Assembly (NCBI GenBank): GCA_002189035.1
Contig: NEEC01000019.1
Location: forward strand, 248,001-312,000
Origin: Utricularia gibba
Taxonomy: Eukaryota; Plantae; Magnoliophyta
Direction of reading: 5' to 3'
Length of the DNA stretch: 64,000 nt
This document shows positions 51,870 through 64,000 of this stretch, piece by piece. Each line of letters starts with the position of its first letter. The stretch's first letter is position 1. The position numbers and the translations under genes are program-made. Under the pieces are notes generated by a model. It saw only the letters and a list, made by a program, of their open reading frames with translations, ran no database searches and was not told the origin of the DNA.

Positions 51870-52940
51870 ATGAGGACTAGAAAGGAGGATAATGACAATG
51901 AAGATGGTAGCAAGAAATCGAAGCGTCAATGGAAACCATAAGAGGAGAAACATCTGATATTTGCTTTAAAACAAGTAGTACAAGATGGATGTAAGGTAGA
52001 AAATGGGTTTAGAGGAGGGTATCATCAGGCAATCGAGACCATATTTGTTAAACTTAGACCACAGAGTGATATACGTGCACATCCCCATATTAATTCAAAG
52101 GTACACAATTGGAAGAGGGAATATTATTCGTTAGTTGATTTCTTATCTAGGTCCGATACTACCTCCAATGAAGTCACAAGTAAATTAGATGACAATGATG
52201 AGCTATGGAATGAACTAGAGCAAGTATATGCTCATTTTATGTATTGTGCGCATGTCATTTTATTTATATGGATGATACTATATTGCAGCATTCCTCCAAG
52301 ATGAGAGGTTTGCAGCATAAAACATGGCCTTATTACCATGATTGGTTAGAGATATTTGACACAAATAGAGCAACAGATGAAAAATCAGTCACTAGTATGA
52401 AGACATTATTAAAGAAAAGAGATCACGAAGGTGCTACAAAATAAATTGGTGAGGCTGGGGATTGTGAGGAGTACATTGATGATGCAAATGAGTTTGGTCA
52501 ATCGGAAATTCCTACTTTTTTTAACGAAGCTGACTATACTCCTACTACAGATCCAATAGAACCCTCAGTGACTCCGGAAAGCAGGGATTCAGATAGCAAG
52601 AAAAGGAATTCAAAGCTACTGAGTGTCAACTCCCAAGTGAAGAATGGTAAAAACAAAAGAAGGCCGAAGATGTTGGACGACCACTCTGCCTTTCGAACTG
52701 AAATCCGATAGCTAAATGCATAGACCTTTGCCGAACTCTGCATCATTGGTTCTAGGATTGGTGAAAACGATAGAGAAAAAGAAGAGAAGCAGATAGTAGT
52801 GACAGAGATAATTCGAGGCATGCTTCTTCAACTAACCACAATGGAGCGCTTTCGAATTTCTGAGATTATTGGATCAAATCCAGTCAAGCTTAATTTTTTT
52901 TTGGCATCTAATGAGGCAGAGTGAGAGCTCATTGTTTGAG
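51870..52940 (+). pseudogene. PIF ORF1 Myb/SANT-like DNA-binding protein, with premature stops
   Basis: MRTRKED...KRQWKP*EEKHLIFAL.....GCKVENGFRGGY...I.A.PHI.SK..NWKR.Y, then K.WPYY.DW.EIF..NRAT. Confidence 0.7.
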
Positions 52941-54066
52941 GCCTAAACACGTTGGGTTGAAGAACTTCCTTTGTTTTCATTGTTTTCATTGTTTTCCTTG
53001 TCGGACAATGTAGTGTATGGATATTTGCAATTTTCATTTGATGTTGTCACTTCAATGGTTTTTGGAATTTTCATGTGTCATGTCCCAATATACTTGCAAT
53101 CCTAGCTATGCGAATGCTCTTTCATAAGAAAACATTGTAAAGGAAATTCAGGTGGATTGTCGAGTTAAACATACGTTAAGGTAAGTGGTATCAAGAAGGC
53201 ACTGTAAAGGTCGCATTGCGGGGTTTGGGACAAGCATTTTTTTGGAAGCGCATGTTATTGGTAAGCACCTCTGAAGCTGCACGCTAATGTTTGTAAATAT
53301 GTGAAAAATAAGTTTGCAGAAAACCATTTTTTGAGAGTGAGTTAAATACCCTTGGATTTCATAATTCATTTTATTAATTATGAATGAGTGTACATGTATG
53401 CATACATATTATATTATTGAGTAGGGGGTGAGCATTCGATAGTATTTGGTATAAGAAACCAAATATTAAATAATAAAAAATACATCTCTAACGTAATGCA
53501 TAACACAACGTTTTAATATAATTACAAAGTGTGTACAATATATTTAAATATGAAAAGTTTTAATTTAATTCCACAAGGTAAAATACGAGGATTCCTAATT
53601 AGTATAAAATTCAAATAAGTATTACTTAAATATATATATATATAGATTTAATAGTTTGAATAATAATATAAGTCATATTATTATAATTTCGCACACCCAT
53701 AATATTGTATGTAGAATAGCTAATAATAAAATTTGAATATACTTTACAATTACTTCTTATGTATATTCTAATGAACACCAAATACATATTTGTCTTTAAA
53801 ACCAATTTAACTCTTACTAAATTCCTTGAAATAATCTTTTAAATATATAACTAATAATATGTATCCACATCCTATGGTACGCATGGTACAATACTTTTAT
53901 TTAAATACCTAAACATATTTTTCTTAAATTCTTTAAGCAAAACAAGGCTATTCAACAAACGTTTTTTTTGAGAAAGGGGTGATAGCCACAAAACCCCTGT
54001 TTAATGGAATCGACAAACAAACACCACATGTCCCACATTATACAAATGTGGTGCTAAGTTTAATGC

Positions 54067-55740
54067 TCAAGCAATACCTTTGTAGTAATCCCACAAAGGG
54101 TGATAATTGGTTAATGGCTGTTGTCCTATGCGACGAATTGCAAGCATGCTCGGCACGTCCATTGCCTGCAAAAAATCTTCTAAAAACACTCTGATTTCAC
54201 CGTCCTCACCCAATGCACAATCGGCCACATCCATGTATTTATAGGCAGGTGGGAACATAGCATTATTATGCTACCAGGGTAAGAGAAAAAAACTTTACAT
54301 TACACACCAAAATCCAAATGCTTATTGGATTTTTAATTGACTGGGTGAAGCATCAATGAGTATTGTGTTTGATCTATTGTATTTTCCATGGAATTTGTTG
54401 GTGCAACTCCATATGCAACTCAGTTCTTTAAGTCTCAAGAGCTTATTGGGGTTGTCATGTGCAAACATTTGTATGTGTGTGGCCTGTTCATCATCCCAAG
54501 TGAATGAAAGTTAACGTGCCCACTTGTCATCAAAGATTCACTTCATAATTTGCACCAACTGCAGTCTACATTGACAGAAGTTAGGGGCATAAGTGTTCGA
54601 GATCATGATGAAATGGATGGAAGGAAGTCTTACCCACATCTAGATGACCAGATACCTACATCAAATTTGTCCAAGCACCATTGGATGAATTGTCTAGCGT
54701 GCGGTCACAGGAACACTCCAAAAACAATCAACCAAACTGATTAATAAACACAAATCTCTTTTTAAGAATGAAAGCTTCATGCGATCCAAATGCATTACCA
54801 AATCGGCCATAGATGATTGCATCTGCTGGTTGTTGGAGTCTTCTAGCACCCCTCATGAATAGTACATCGAACACCATTCACATAAAAAACTAGTAGCTTA
54901 CGAGGTGGTTGTATAGTCCCTGATGATGCCCCCCCTCCCCCTGCATTTTGCCATCTATTCTCATACCACTGTAGTTTGCTCCGAAGTGCTTCATTCTCTG
55001 CGACCAATCATTGGAATTCAAGGTTGGGTGCATTTCTTTGATCATCTGAGGATGCACTATCATTGGTAGTCCCCATCTCATTGGTGTCATTAGTTTCTAT
55101 GACATGGAGCTTATCTTCATTCTCGGCTCCAAGGGGGTCATCATTTTGCTCCTCATCCCTGTGTGCATGTGCACTTTGAGATGTGCCACACCATAGCTTG
55201 CACGTTCCTCGAGCATTAGTACATGATGGCAAAATATCCTCTAGCTCCTTAGTGTTTGCACCAAATAACTCAACTAGTTCACGCACCTCATCTTTGGTCA
55301 GTTTTTTGAAACCTGACAAGTACAAAAAAAAAACTTAGCATATGTGCAGAAGATGGATAGAACATGGATGTAAGCAATAAAACTAGTATCATACCCTTTG
55401 GCTTGCCTACATCCTTGTTAGTTGCTAATATCTGTGGAAAATCTGGCTCTGTAAGAGGAGTTATCCATACAAAACTCGACCACCAATTGTCATAGCCGCT
55501 ACGCAGTTTGATCACCAACACTACCCTAGGCTTGCCCTTCAAGCAAAAATGCTTGGTGTCCTTTCTCTTAACATAGATGCTAATTGAGAAGAAGGTTTGT
55601 AATTCACATGGGACACCTTCATCCCTACAGATACTTTCAAATGCAAGAGTATACGCGACAGAATGAGGAGTTAAATGAGAAAGGGAGATTTGTAATGATC
55701 TCAGAGTCTTTGTGAGTAGGGAGCTTAGTGGTAGTCTCAA
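54067..55740 (-). pseudogene. Spliced ORF remnant inside the PIF element, Transposase_28 (gypsy-type accessory)-like
   Basis: RLPL..LL..L..LQI..SHLTP.S....LAF..IC...G..C..F pattern. A GT-AG intron at ~55395-55318 joins PKG to FKKLTKDEV. Acidic tail follows. Confidence 0.45.
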
Positions 55741-56176
55741 GCCACATAGAAAATGTTCAATGCTAATTATAAAACCCGTTGCGCCAATGTGAAGAGGTGG
55801 CTCGTCATCTATACACTCATCGGCTTGGCTAACCTAGATCGAGTACGTCACTGGAATGGAAAATCTCAAACGAAGTTTCTTGTCTGTCATCATCTAGTAT
55901 GAAAAGCAAGTAGATAATTGATTTTCACGCGACAATACTAGTACACAAAGAGTTCAAAATTACTATTGTAACTTGCGAAATGTCGATAGATAGATGAAGA
56001 ACAACATTTTCGTAGAAGACGAATTGAAGATATTCAGGGGAAAGGGACTCTAGCAATTGTGCAATTAGGGATTTCAATCTCGGGAGTAAATGTGCGATTG
56101 CAGTGCTCCGTCACTCTGTCAACGAGACATTCCCAAAGATATAAATATTTATTAGTGGGCACTTATCTCTAGACAT

Positions 56177-56489
56177 ATCGGTGTTTGTGAATATTTCTTT
56201 CAAAAACCATTATACTGCAAGCACCACATTTGACTATTGACGGTGCTCATAGCAAGCACCGCCTAAGTACCATTCAGGTGCCACTGTAGAGCTTGTATTA
56301 CGTTATCGGAGAAGCATCTAATTCTACATAATGGGGTGCTTGCGATACACATTCCCTACAATACTAGAATGAACATGTTGCAATGCTTGTGGTACTCAAT
56401 TCGAAAAGCACTAGAATCCATGTATTGCGGTGGTTGCAATAATCAATTCTAAAAGCATTAGAGTTGGCATATTGCGGTGCTTGCAATAG
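56177..56489. repeat. Cluster of ~6 short motif copies (GCGGTGCTTGCAATA-like) in both orientations
   Basis: Examples: ACTGCAAGCACCAC ~56214, AGCAAGCACCGC ~56251, GGGGTGCTTGCGATA ~56333, TATTGCGGTGGTTGCAATA ~56423, TATTGCGGTGCTTGCAATA ~56470. Confidence 0.6.
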
Positions 56490-56764
56490 TCAATCCGAAT
56501 GATGCCCAAAAAGCATAGGATTCTTGGTGACGATGTGTTTTTTTCCCTTTTATTATTTTTTTAATAGAATAATTACAATACCTACTTACCGAATAAAAGT
56601 ATGAAAATGGGTATGTAGTGAGAGTGTATAATAGTGGCCTTAGAAACACCTAAACTAATGATATAGGATGCAAAATCTATCCAAAGTGTTTATGTCTACC
56701 CAACCAAAAAAATCTTACCACATAGGCTACCGCAGGAACCATAATGACACAACATTACCTCCTT

Positions 56765-57982
56765 CTACGGCATGACAGCCACTCCTCGTACATGTTGGCA
56801 GCGCACGCATCGCAAAAATGCATTCCAAGAATGGGAGGACTCAATGGTTGAATTGTCATCTTCAACTTCACCTGTGTCCGCGTCTACATTATGGAAATTT
56901 GGAGGCACTACAATCTCGAGAGGGTCTTCAGTCATTTCCTTGCGTATGAAATTGTGTAACAAGGCGCAGGCTACAACTATAAGGTTTTGAATATCTATTG
57001 GATAAAAACATGGACTACATAGCACAGCCCATCTCATCTTCATGAGCCCTCAAACTAGTTCAATAACATTTCTAGCGAAAAAATTGTGCATATTGAAATA
57101 CTTATGTGCATTTTGGGGTGTTCGAGTTCCAACACCCCAATCCTTCAAATGGTATCGAACCCCCCTATAAGGTGCTAAAAATCCTTCACAATTCGCATAT
57201 CTATTGTCACATAAATAATTACCTATAACAAGAGATGAACATGTTACATCACAAATTACATGCATGTAATAATAGGAGGATTGCTATGTTATAAAAATCA
57301 CCTCTATTAACACAAAGCCTATCTTCTCGTGTTAGTGCATCATTTAGTACCCTACTATCGGCAGTGGAACCCTTCCATACAACAAGAATATAGATAAAAC
57401 GCATATTCTCATTGCATACACCAAGCACATTGATAGATATTTGGCCTTTGCGATTACGGTACCTGGGTTTCTCATCAGGGCTCACCCACATGCCAATATA
57501 TGTGCCATCCAATGCTCCTACGTAGTTCTACAAGAACAGAATGGAAATGCATGCAATATGAGCACTACATTAATGTTAGAAATAAGAAATATCAAGCTAA
57601 ATGGACTAGAATGTACCTGAAAGTACTTGAATCTACCTTATGTGGACTGATTATTTTCAGACATTTCCAATAGAATATCACTGAGAGTGAGAACTGTGTC
57701 CAAAACTTCTTTAAAATACCAGGATAATGTCTCTATTGATCGCCTAAAAATATGTTTTTGAACTCGCATTTTTTGGTGATGCGATAATACTCCCAAAAAC
57801 ATTGCAACCTTCTCATGAATGCTCACATACTTCCATAGTTGTAGATTTGCACACACTTGCAAATTGTAACATAGCTTTTTAAACACATCTTTTGATAACC
57901 TTAGATTTTTTAACGATGCTGAGTTAGAGTCTGTTAAAAGACTACTTAAATAGTCAACTTGTATGTTAATCTTCTCCTTCAT
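56765..57982 (-). pseudogene. PIF/Harbinger DDE transposase (DDE_Tnp_4), frameshifted
   Basis: LR.SKD.F.KLC, E.VAMFL..L.HH, F.RS.ET.S.YF..VL, DGT.I....RYRNRKGQISINVLGVC...M.F.Y....W.GS.ADSRVL, YL.D..Y.N..GFLAPYRGVRYHL.DW, and AC.LLHNFI. Confidence 0.85.
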
Positions 57983-59106
57983 AGAATACTTGTGTTTACA
58001 TTTTTGTTTTCCACCATAAGGAGTTCAATAAAGATAGACAATAAAATTCAACCTAACTAGGTATTCTACTAACACACATGTAATAGCAACTAACATGGCA
58101 TCATTTTCAAATTCATAAAACCTTGCCATCATTTCACTGCTCAAACCCACTACTCACAAGATAGATTAAATTAGAGCATAAAAAACAGTTTAACAATAAA
58201 TACAATCATAGCTAACCATATGCTTGTTGACAACAACCATGCGCATCTTACCCAAGATGTATTGTCGCAATTTCACAGAAGATTGGCCATCTGGAAGATG
58301 GTGATTTGCGCAAATTAAGGAACAGGGACACCAAAGATAATTTTAGTAAAAACAAGAGCACGACTGAAAGTAAATAATAAGGAGATGACTAAAATTGGAA
58401 AATGCAACATGGTTAAATATGGGTATATTTAAACCCACCTCTCTATATGAGTTTATATAAACCCATATGAGCGGATTACCAATAGATTTAAGTAAACCTA
58501 TCAGGTAAATTTGTATTCGATAGTAACCTATATACCAAACAGACCTAATACATTAAACCAACCTATAAATCTACTTAAACCTACGAAGCAAACATGCCCT
58601 ATAGGTTTATTGCATTCACAACATGATTTATTTATTATATATTATTCCTAGCAGTATCAACTTAGGAATAGATACCCATATGACGAAATTTCAAAATTAT
58701 GTGCTCACTTGTTTTTACAAACTATCATACGTCAGCAAAGTTGCAAAGGCCTGACTAACATACAACTTGTCACCCTTTGCAGAAGTGTAAAACAGAAGGT
58801 AAAATAATCTTCAAAACCGACTAGCAAAATTTTTCTCACAAGCCAACACACCACTACAAACTCGGACCATGTCCGCATTATCCTACCGAGAAAGTGTGAC
58901 GATCGATGTCTTGCACTGGTTGGAGCTTGTAATGTCACCAAATTAGACTACCTATATTTCAGGTTTCCTGCACACATCCAGCAACGGATGCAAATATGAA
59001 GGAGAAATCTGAACCATTATTCTAAATATACATTCTCCTATATGCGAAATGGAAAGTGTAACGGAGAGCCACTTTCTGAGGAAGGTCACAGACCAAGACG
59101 CAACAC

Positions 59107-62100
59107 TTACGGTCTGATAACTCTGTCCATTTTTTTCTGATAAGATTTCTGCCTGGGGTAAAGAATAACTGCCAAAAGAAAAGAGAATGCAAGGCCAACC
59201 ACTCCACTGAATGGCTGAAAAGGTTGGTCCCCAGTAACCCAAGAGGGAGAATCAGGGTGGTAGTACAGAAAGCCACCTGTTCTCAAGAGGAAACTAGATG
59301 TAATAATTCCTGCACGAAGACCAATTACTCTTGACAGGCTACCTCGGCTTCTTTCGCGAACTCCAGATAGACACAACGATAGTAACCACAGCCCAGGAAT
59401 TCCCAATTTCGACCTGGAGACCCAAAATCAATTAGCACCAAACATAGAAAACTACCATGAGAAAGGTCGACTACAGGGATACATATATGCAAAAAACAGC
59501 ATCCAAGAGCTATTTCATGCAGCGCATAGTCCAAGTGTCATTTGCTATTTCTTTCAAATTCATGTCTGATGACTGATTGAACCAAGCGTCTTTGTCAACA
59601 TCTTCGTTGCATGAATTATATAGGTTCGAGGGGTTTTAAGACAACTGCCGATCTAATGGATTCAGTGTACTAATAAGTGAAACACAGAAAGGAGATCCAT
59701 TATAAATATACCTTTGAGATATCGCAAATATGACCCCAGATATCGCAACTCCATAATGATATCCCAAGTCAGCAGCAATTTCCTGAGGCAACCAAGACCT
59801 GAAAACTAATTCCTCCACTACTGAAGCAGCTGTTGCTATTGCAAGCTCTTGAACGGTAAACAAAAGTGCCCGTGCATATGATCCAACTAATGCTAGAGGC
59901 CCTGTAGCTGATGAGAACAAAGGCGTTGGCCAACGTATAATAGCACACCCAATCATTGAGTTCAGAGCGTGAATCAGCATTACAAGGGCAATTCCGCCCA
60001 CAAAAGCCTTCAGGAAGCCCTGGAACTGATGGCATAAGTCATGATTTACCAAGTTAGAATACATTTTTAGCATATACTAGCATGTTTTTATCACAAAAGA
60101 GCTGCTAAAACAATGCATATTTGGAACTTAAAACATGCATAGATGTTCCAGATGCTTGGTGTTGGGAGACTAAAAAGTCCTTCAATGTACAATGTGCCAT
60201 AAAGCATGTGACTGTCATAATTTACATTTAAAAATCCCACGTTATTTTCAGTCACCTATCTCGTTGAAGGATGTAACACTATTGAGTTCATTTAGATACC
60301 GAAAGGAATAACTCAAAGGCACAATCTAGACTCATGACTCTTTTCAAAGGTGAAGCAAATTACAAAATCCTCACATGATATCCCTAAGGACACTGACTTG
60401 TTAGTATCAACAAATAAAATAAGTAGAAAATACTTTTTTTCTATCATACAAGCTGATAAAATCACGAACTGCTTTTCCATCAGTAAAGCTGAAAGCACGT
60501 TTAGAAACTTGGTCATCTGAAGGTCTACGAATGAAATTTAGTTGAATATGACAGCCCCAAAACACACTTTTGTACGAGAACATTTGAGCATTAAGGAGGT
60601 TGTTCAGACTGAACCTAAAGTTATGCATTGAGATGAAAACCTAAGAAGTGCAATATCGAGTTGATGCAAAGTGAGGCAAGATTAGTATTTGTATCATTTG
60701 GTAATGTCCATACCTCAGAAGCTGAAGTCCATTTCAGCCCGTACTGCATCAGAGGATCATCAAACTTACGAATTCTTTTTCCCCATATGGTTATCATAAT
60801 CATCGTAGAGATATATAAACCAGCAACGCAAGAAAGCTCAACAACTTTAAAGGGCTTATTTGTTGCCCAACTTTGCATCAAGGTTGGTAGCAACGGAAGA
60901 ATAACAGGTGACCATAGAAGAAGCACCATGGAGCCAAAGCTTAAGATCCTGCATTTATAAGACGACATAAATAAATGCATGGGCCAGCACTACTAAATAG
61001 AGTATTTTTCGGATTGGCTTCACTACCAACAAACTGTATGCTTGGAAACGGTATTCAAGATCACCTTTGAGACAGTGGGCGCTCAGCAATGCGAAGAAAT
61101 AGGATGAGCTTGTCTGCTAAACTCATTGCACCTCGTATTCCACCCCACAGCATACCAACCTTACCAAAAAGTTTCAAAAAACTTCCCTTCTGCCCAAGTT
61201 CTGTTAACATGGCAACCATCCTAGCACGAGACAAAAGCTATATAACAGGTTTTATAGCAAGTGAAAGTAAGAAAAGTAACACTCCTAAAGATGTGATGGC
61301 AAAAAAAAAAAAGAACCTTTCTTGATCCAATTGCCCATCATCCTTCATTGGAACCATAGGACTAGCAACAGACAATGCCTTCTCAGCTAAGTTTGTAACT
61401 ATATTGTTCTGCGTTTTTTCATTTCTTTCAGCAGGATCGCAAGGCCCTTTACTGTCTTCTTGGGTCGAATTTAAAGTCCCATCAATCTGAGTAGTCTGAA
61501 AAATGAATCATTCTGTAAGGAACATAATAATCCATTGAACCTCAACCTAGAACTTAAAGTTCACAAGTCCATAGGGTAACATGGTGATATTTACAGGTTG
61601 ATGAGCAAGAAAAGCGGATGATCCAAGTGCTGCTGTTACGGTTCCCAACATAACTGCATCTTTTTGAGAATCCTCATTAGCTGGAATAGAATCATCATCA
61701 GAGACTGAGCATTCCGAATATTTTTTAATCTCATTACAGCCTGAATGCTTTTCATCACCTGTTGCCATTGGAGCAACACTGAAGAACTTCCTGAGTTCAA
61801 CAAATATCGCGCCAATAAGAACACCAGCAGGGAGAACTAATCTCAAGAAGTCAGTTTTCTGAACAGCAGCTAAAATAGCTACAGTAATACTATCCCCATC
61901 CAAGATGTCTGACGTCTGCTCCTGATTACAGTCCTCTTTATGTATCCTGCCCCTGTTTCGTAGAACTGCCAGGGATACAGCATTTGACACGTAATCAAGT
62001 TCCTTCGATAGTTTAATGCCCACTTCCTCCATGAAGACCATAGTGGTCCTGCGACTGACTTCCAATTTCAAGCGTTCGAATATGAGCTTTTGAATCAGAC

Positions 62101-64000
62101 CTATATAGTCATCAAGGTCTCTGGAGCCTATCTCAAAATTTTCGGAAGCAATGTTGACTCCCTCAGTTTCCCCGATTTGGAGCATAGATTTCCTAGAATC
62201 TACAGTAGCATCAAAAAGTTCAGCCATGCTGTTACATCGGTCATACGTTGAATTTGCACCATCCAAATCTTCTCCACAAGTTGAATATCTTTTATCCCGA
62301 GCATTGTTTTCCTCTGACTGTTCTAAGAGCTTCCACTTACCTTCCTCAGGGAAGTAATGTAGATACAAAGCTGGAAGCATGTTAACAGCTAGAGGCATTG
62401 AGTTTCTTGACTTCAAGTAAAGATATGCATTCAGGTAGTCCTTGTAAGTCTTTTCATGCAGTTGGGTAGCTAAATAATTTAAATCTTCTTTAGAGCCACT
62501 ATCAACAGAAGTTGAAGTCAAAGTATTCGTGAAACAATTGCAGGTGCTTTCCTCAAATTGTGAAGAATGCTGATTTTCATAACTGCGATGAGAGCTTTCT
62601 CCATCATCAGTAACATTTAAATCTAAATTACCAGATTGTGCCCCCATCTTTACCTGGAGACCTTCAGCCTTTTTAGAAGAACAGTCACTTTTTGAGATGG
62701 CATTATCAGACAAGGAGACTGAGCTTGATTCCATTACCTCCACTGTTCTTTCAATTTCACTTGTCACATTTTCCTTTCTCACTTTATTTTCCTTGTCCTT
62801 CTTTACCTCCAACTTGTCAATCATGTTTTCAATTACATGGAAGACGCTGTTAACAGCGACTTGGGTGGAATCATCAAGTCCTGTCAATGCATCTAATGCC
62901 TGAGAGACACTGAAGCGTTGTGAATCTCCAGAAGATGTTAAAACACCTTCATTCCTCAGGTTTTTTCCTGCATCACTGTCAACTACAGCCTCAGAAGGTG
63001 TTGGATGGACTTCATATAAATTACCTTGATCAGTAACAGAACCATCGGCTTCACCTGAGCCTTCACGCATGTTGGAGAACCCCTGGTTGGAATCTATTAC
63101 CCCTGAAACTTCAGCATTAGAAGCTTGGGGAGGGATACTTCCAGGTGGTTCTTCAAGTCCATCACGTTGTTGCACTTCATTTCGATTCATGTTTTCAAAA
63201 CTAGAAACACCATTTATGTCATCAGCTGTGGATTTCCCGGTAGCATCCATGGAATCCGGAAGAATTTCGAGTTGTTTTTTCACATAGTCCATGCCATTGT
63301 CACTCTTGTGGTCATCTGTGCTGCCGGTTACCCTTCTCTGTTTAAGTTTTTGAAGTACCTCAAAATTCAGGCCTAACGACAAATCAGGAATGTCACCGAG
63401 ACCCTTTTTCGAGTTAAGAATATCAGAGACGGCAGACGTGAGTTTTCCACGCACCTCCTCTGGCACAGCATCATGCAAAGCTTGGAGAAGCGTCTCACCT
63501 TGGCCAACAGCATTAAGCACCTGCCATACACAGTGATCTGTTTAGGCTTTTCAACATCAAATTTGGCACCTCAAGGCAACACAAGGATCTTTTGTAAGCA
63601 TGAAGACGTGGATGAGACAGTGCAGAAATTTTAACCTCTACAGGGAGCCATACAAAAAAAATATAATATTTAAAGACACTAATTGACACACATACCTTCT
63701 TCTTCTGTTCGTCTGATAGAGTGTCAGGTAAGGTCACATCAAGCATATTAAGGGCCACATGCGCAGCCTGTACTACAGGATCAATAGAATTAGATTGGTC
63801 GCCACCATTGGTTGACTCTTCCTCCAATGCTGTACTCGACGTAAATGATTCACGTGTGGTTTTTTTGTATCTGGACTGGACTTTCATGGTCAGATCATCA
63901 GCTGGAAGCATGCCCATCGGAGGAATTGCAGAAATACTATCATTAGGTCTCCGTTGCTTTTCAGCTCTTCCCCTCTTGCTAGGAGCTCCGTTTTCAGAAA
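59107..64000 (-). CDS. At2g03140-like large alpha/beta-hydrolase / CAAX amino-terminal protease (Rce1/Abi)-domain protein; 3' part only, 5' end lies outside the window
   Basis: QAAHVALNMLDVT.P.TL..E.KKKV|L.AVGQGETL..AL.DAVPE.VRGKL, LAEKALSVASP.VP...DG..DQE, GMLWGGIRGAMSL, VVEELVFRSWLPQEI, GLWLLSL.L.G.R.R. Exons 64000-63696, 63520-61595, 61495-61317, 61220-61065, 60948-60714, 60025-59712, 59413-59107, all in frame. Confidence 0.85.

Larger units (their letters stand above)
51285..58599. mobile_element. PIF/Harbinger DNA transposon, autonomous-type but decayed
   Basis: 16-bp TIRs: GGGTGTGTTTGCTTCG (51285-51300) vs CGAAGCAAACATGCCC (58584-58599), 2 mismatches. Convergent Myb/SANT ORF and DDE transposase. 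The TSD is degraded. Confidence 0.8.

Noticed and set aside
58533-58549. Second PIF/Tourist-like TIR (CCAAACAGACC TAA)
   Set aside because: No partner terminus was found. It is probably a subterminal motif copy of the PIF element.
1-64000. CRISPR arrays, rRNA, organellar insertions, endogenous pararetrovirus
   Set aside because: No regular repeat-spacer arrays or recognisable rRNA, plastid, mitochondrial or caulimovirus motifs were seen. Short fragments cannot be excluded without searches.

Overview
Plant (eudicot, probably asterid) nuclear DNA. Gene-rich flanks surround a ~34-kb nested LTR-retrotransposon island. Left flank: a TORTIFOLIA1-like (TOR1L2-type) gene (+), a convergent RLCK-VII PBL17-like kinase (-) and an SBP-box SPL2/10/11-type gene (-) with an eroded miR156 site. 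Island (~11-45 kb): two Tork-like Copia elements, an Athila-type Gypsy element with an env-like ORF, an Angela-type Copia nested in the Athila, three solo LTRs with intact 5-bp TSDs, and older Copia debris. Right flank: a divergent group-I sucrose synthase gene with two 1-bp frameshifts, a decayed 7.3-kb PIF/Harbinger element carrying extra cargo, and the 3' part of an At2g03140-like alpha/beta-hydrolase/CAAX-protease-domain gene (-). I found no clearly new gene system. The most unusual signals are: (i) a fold-back LTR palindrome with snap-back templated filler on both sides of its junction, plus a second composite templated insertion nearby (Pol theta-like repair scars); (ii) an 11-nt copy of the miR156/157 5' end inside the SPL exon that can pair with the gene's own miR156 site; (iii) a duplicated N-terminus forming a uORF in the TOR1L gene; (iv) the divergent, frameshifted SUS copy lacking the RxxS phospho-motif. 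All calls come from manual reading and recalled family motifs, with no database searches. Coordinates marked ~ are approximate.
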